Source: Phoronis australis (Eukaryota; Animalia; Phoronida). From it: 64,000 nucleotides of DNA. This document shows positions 59,580 through 64,000 of the stretch, in pieces. The translations under genes and the position numbers were made by a program. A model generated the notes under the pieces. It did not search any database and was not told the DNA's origin. It saw only the letters and a list, made by a program, of their open reading frames with translations. Each line of letters begins with the position of its first letter. Within the stretch, counting starts at the first letter, position 1. The DNA lies in the NCBI GenBank assembly GCA_002633005.1, contig NMRA01000572.1, forward strand, positions 134,534 through 198,533, given 5' to 3'.

Positions 59580-60140
59580 CAACAGCAACGTGGAGCTTTG
59601 AAATGCGCCCACAACTGTACTGCAAAAAGAAGGGTGTGCTTCTAGGGGTGTTTTTTTAGTATTATAAAATCGGCCATTCAGAATACATTAAACCCGTCCG
59701 AAATTAGAAAGGCATCGTCGTACCCCTAATACAAAACTATCTGCCAAATTTCACGAAAATCCATCAAAGAACTCCAAAGATAACAGAAGGCAAACATAAA
59801 ACCTAGAACTTCCACTAAGGGGCGCAGTGGTAATCAGAGCCATCCAAGAAGTTGTGGGCAGCTATTTATAGGAAAGCGCATGCAAAACTTCACAGAGATC
59901 CTGCAAAAGAATGGGGAGTTACAGCCATGGCCGCAAAAAAATACAAAATCGTCACTAGGGGACACCACATTTTTCAGACCTGGCCCATGGTTTTCTCTTC
60001 AGAAGCACAGCTGCACTCAAAATGATCCTTTGAGCAGTTTGGCATACACAGAGGTGGACTCTAGAAACGGACTCGTAATAATTAAAATAGCCACTATAGG
60101 AGGCGCAGAATACGCCAAATCTGAAAATGGAAACTCGTTG
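59580..60140 (-). mobile_element. HINE family 1 fragment, diverged
   Basis: GAAATGCGCCCACAA end motif and CCACTAAGGGGCGC-type repeats. Confidence 0.6.
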
Positions 60141-60881
60141 CTGTCGCAGTAGTAGTTTCATGCTATAATGAACTGTTCTTCAGAAGAGCGAATGTTCCCA
60201 CTTTAGAGTTCAGGAGAAAGCTTTCGATTCTCCTGGAAGTTTTCAGAGTCTTGCACGACTGTCCGCTAATTTCATGTGGCACCGTTCAAGGTCAGATGGC
60301 ACTCTCTCTGTGCACCACCAGATAGGGGCTGGAATCTCTTGGGGCTTTCAGTGTGAGGGTCTGGAACTCCCATAAGGGAAGCAAACGTGCTTCAGTTAGT
60401 GCTTTCAGACGCAGCCTGTCGGTTTGGACCTGCACTTGAAGTTGAAACCAGCAGGTGTTATAGTGTGTTTAGCATCTCTCATGAAATTTATTTACTTGTT
60501 TAAATTGTAACTTACTTATAGTAGGCCTCATTAGTGTTTCGGTGTTTCTGAAACTGACAATTAATATTTTGGATATACTAGATTGGTAGGTAATACACTC
60601 AGTTCATACTACTATACCAGATTTGTAACATCTGAAAATCCATATGTAGTGATTTTTACCAGAATTCTAGCATTTCACACATCTCTTGGCAATCACAGGC
60701 TAAAAGCTTTCCTGTCATTGGGTTTGCAGGCCTGAGAGTAGTTTTAAAATATTGGCCAGAGAACTTTTCACTGTAATCACGAGCTCTAACAATGTCACCA
60801 TTTCAACTTGTAGACCAGCCCCTGAGACTTATCAAACAGTATTGTTTCCACATTCAAATCCTTCTGTTTCCATGATCATGT

Positions 60882-61926
60882 AACAAGAGCAATACCGAAC
60901 ATTGAAATGCGCCCACAAATGCACTGCAAACGGTGTGCTTCTAGGGTGTTTATTTGTATCATAAAAATGGCCACCAGATAGTGCAAAATATTTCAAATCC
61001 ATCAAAAAACTGGAAAATGTCACCATTTTTAACAGAAACCTATTTACCACATTTCATAGTGAAAACATAGGTGCCAATTTTCACAATCATCTTTAAAGTG
61101 GTTCGGTTGATGAAAGGACGGACGCCAAAAAAAGACTCAAAAACAGTAAAAATGGCCATTAAGAGGTGCAAAAAACCTCGAATCCATCCAAAAACAAAAG
61201 GATAGTGTCATCTCATTAACAGATGCCTATGTGCCAAATTTTAAAGAAATCCGAGGACCTTTGAAGATAGAGAGGTAAATGTAAAAAAAACAAAATTGCC
61301 ACTAAGGGGCACAACTGTAGTCTGATCTGTCCAAAAGTCTTAGTCCTCCGTTGTGAACTTCATATAAACACATTTGCTACACTTAATAAAGATCATGTAG
61401 AGCGTTTAGGAGATACAGCCATAGGTGCAAAAACAAACAAATCTACCACTAGGAGGCACCATAATAGCCGAATTCTTCGGAAAATCATTGTCAACCATTC
61501 TCTTCATAGTAAGAACATACATGCCAATTTTCGCAATCATTCTAAGAGTGGTTTGGTTGACAGAGGGGCGGATGCCAAAAACAGACTCGAAAATAGTAAA
61601 AATGGCCACTAGATGGCACAAAATGCCTTGAATCCATCCGAAAATAGGAGGATAGTGTCATCTCATAAACAGATGCCTATGTACCAAATTTCATGAAAAT
61701 CGGTTGAGGACCTTTAAAGATACAGAGGTAAACGTAAAAGACCCCTTAAAGTTGCCACTGGGTGGCACAGCGGTTTTCGGGTTGCTCCGAAACTCGTCGC
61801 CCTCTGTTGTCAACCCCATAGGAATATACCTTCCAAATTCCAATAAGATCCTGCAAGGGGTTTAGGAGATACAGCCCCGGACGCCCAGACAGAGATGACG
61901 GCAATATATATGTGGGCGCATAAAAA
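60882..61926 (-). mobile_element. HINE family 1, near full length
   Basis: AACAAGAG..GAAATGCGCCCAC at the left, central repeats, ATATGTGGGCGCATAAAAA at the right. Confidence 0.8.
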
Positions 61927-63511
61927 TCACATCTCAATGCTGAGCCTTCAAGCACCTAAGTAGTTGCAGCACTGATTTATTCTGCAGGTTAAAAATGAGA
62001 ATCAGATTAGGACTTTAATTTATTGTGATCAAACAGGTTATATAAAATAATTTAATGTGATACGATTCTACTACAATTACCAACAAGAATAACAAAACCA
62101 TCAATAGAGTTTATCGGTGTACGCCAGCTCTAAAACTGCCACTTTGAAAGTAGCACACTAATGCATGAAAGTAGCACACTAATGCATTAGCTGCGAGTTG
62201 GTAACGGAAAGAGAATCCTATCACAGTATATTACGAGATGATCTTACCAGAATAAACGGTCCGATTTTTTTGTTTTTTGCCAGCTAAACAAGGTGACTAT
62301 GCAGCTTTAAAAAACTTTCAGCATGATATAAAGCAAGTAATCCATAAAATTCACTTTTTATAACAAAATCTTAAAACATTAAAACTTCCGGAAAATTCTT
62401 CAATTTATGACGCAATATGCTGGACAAGTGAATTTCGTCTTTCAAATGTGAGAAAAAAGGTTTAAGAAAATTAGTATGTTGTACAATAGAGCTGTCCTTA
62501 AACAATATTTTGGTAAAAATCTTGAGCATAGGTAAAGTAATAGTTCTAGTCTGGACAGACTCTAAAATTTGAAACACAGAAATTCAAAATGAAATTGAAT
62601 TGTGTTGATTGTGGTGTTCATCACATTTCACAAACATTGGACACTTCATTTTGTCTGAAAATAGACTTGGCAGTTCACAAAATCATTCAAAATTTTTGCC
62701 GATGCAACGTGTTCATGCACGCCCATTGTATGTAACACAGAGGTGAAGGATTGTAATTGGTCATAATTCTTGAATTTGAGATGGCCAATACTGTCTTATT
62801 TCTAAAATTTGGCACAAGCAAAAACCTTGACCAAATCACTAATTTCTCACTGTCTCAAACTGGAGAATTTTCACTGTAGTAAGGTTTTGAAAAGTATGAA
62901 AATCCCAATTTTAGCAATTGCCTAAAGGCACAAAACTGCAAAGTTGCTTTTTAATTTTCTTATTAAAAATCTAAGTTAAAACATCATCACCTGACCTTCC
63001 CTATACAGATAAGTAGATAAGTGAAGACAATGTTTCACAAAATGTCCAGTTTATCAACATAATAAAGACAACTACACAACTCAAGATGTACTCTAAGCAA
63101 TATTCAAACTTCGCCTACGTTTGGATTCTTCTTAATATGTGAAATGTTCCCTTTTCAAAGCCATAAAATGTCCAGAGCAGCAACACAAGTGCAGCTGTGT
63201 CTTTGTCCCAAATGATCACTTAGTTAACACTGAAATACAAAGTAGATACATGTGTCACCTACAAGTCATCAGTCATTTTACATGGAATGACAACCAAAGA
63301 AGGGAATTCACAAATTCACTATCATGGCAACTGACGGAATAGTGCCAACAGAACTTTTATAAAATACATTGGTATCCACAAGCGTGATTCACTATCTAGT
63401 ACTCAATCTCAAACTGCTTAGATGCAGTTAAGGTCAGCGATGCAAATTATAGTTGGAAACTGCAAAACAAACATGATTACAGCTACAACAAATAGACAGC
63501 TATCTACTCAC

Positions 63512-63618
63512 CAAAGTTTCTTCAACTCCTCCCAAAGCTCCGCCTTTTTTGCAATCTTGTCCTGTTGATCCTGGTTAAGCTTCTCCCCTGAAGCTTGCTT
63601 CTCTTCCAGCTCTTGAAT
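63512..63618 (-). CDS. Probable exon encoding a helical hairpin IQELEEKQASGEKLNQDQQDKIAKKAELWEELKKL
   Basis: AG acceptor at 63619-20 and GTGAGT donor at 63506-11 on minus (or TGG-TGA stop if terminal). The pattern IxxLxxKxxxGxxLxxxQxxKIxKxxxL resembles eIF2A C-terminus, PYM1 and caprin-type helices. Gene not identifiable. Confidence 0.55.
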
Positions 63619-63765
63619 CTTTAATTAAGCATGTTGGTTTTAGGCAAGTGACACAGTACAAGGTAAGGCTGCACATGGATCCCAAAGTGCTGATACATAG
63701 CATACCAGTGAAACAACCACAACAAATGTACCCTTTTTACTGGAAAGTTCACAACACCATATCTC

Positions 63766-64000
63766 AACAAGAGCAACGCAGAGCGTTGAAATGCGCCCAC
63801 AATTGCACCGCATACGGTATCCTTCTAGGGTTGTTTATTGGTACCATAAAGTGGCCAGTAGAGGGCATATATGTAGTATGTTGTACTTTGCAAAATGGAA
63901 AGGCATGGTCCTTGTCTCCTCAATAGGCTAGGGGCAAAATGTGAGTAATCTTCATAATACAAGCACATCCTATACACCAGTTGCTTAAAGCACCACAGAA
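63766..64000 (-). mobile_element. HINE family 1 3' end, running off the window
   Basis: Near-identical reverse complement of about 4196-4430. Confidence 0.85.

Noticed and set aside
60150-60460. GC-richer island with small hairpins; considered RNase MRP/7SK-like RNA or an exon
   Set aside because: Diagnostic conserved motifs are incomplete and the minus-strand frames I translated contain stops.

Overview
AT-rich, intron-containing animal genomic DNA, probably from an invertebrate (the taxon is an inference). Most ORFs in the supplied track are spurious. Host genes: (1) the 3' part of an NKAIN gene (Na+/K+-ATPase-interacting protein) on +, with four clean GT-AG exons at 5388-11191 and a probable large Pro-rich terminal exon at 24877-26192; (2) an unidentified Ser/Pro-rich ORF at 54.4-55.3 kb; (3) one probable minus-strand coiled-coil exon near 63.5 kb. 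The rest is a dense, partly nested transposon landscape. It holds three TTAA-flanked Kolobok deletion derivatives with convergent THAP-transposase and KolX remnants (two abut at a shared TTAA), a decayed Academ element, and two families of DINE-1/HINE-like Helentron elements. It also holds MITEs with 5-bp target duplications, a GG..CC element with an 8-bp TSD, a solo LTR and several minisatellites. The most interesting signals are regulatory: a heat-shock-element array with TATA box in the solo LTR, arrays of CTCF-like motifs in the HINE repeats, and ETS-CRE plus E2F motifs in the Kolobok TIRs. All calls come from reading the sequence by eye; no database search was run.
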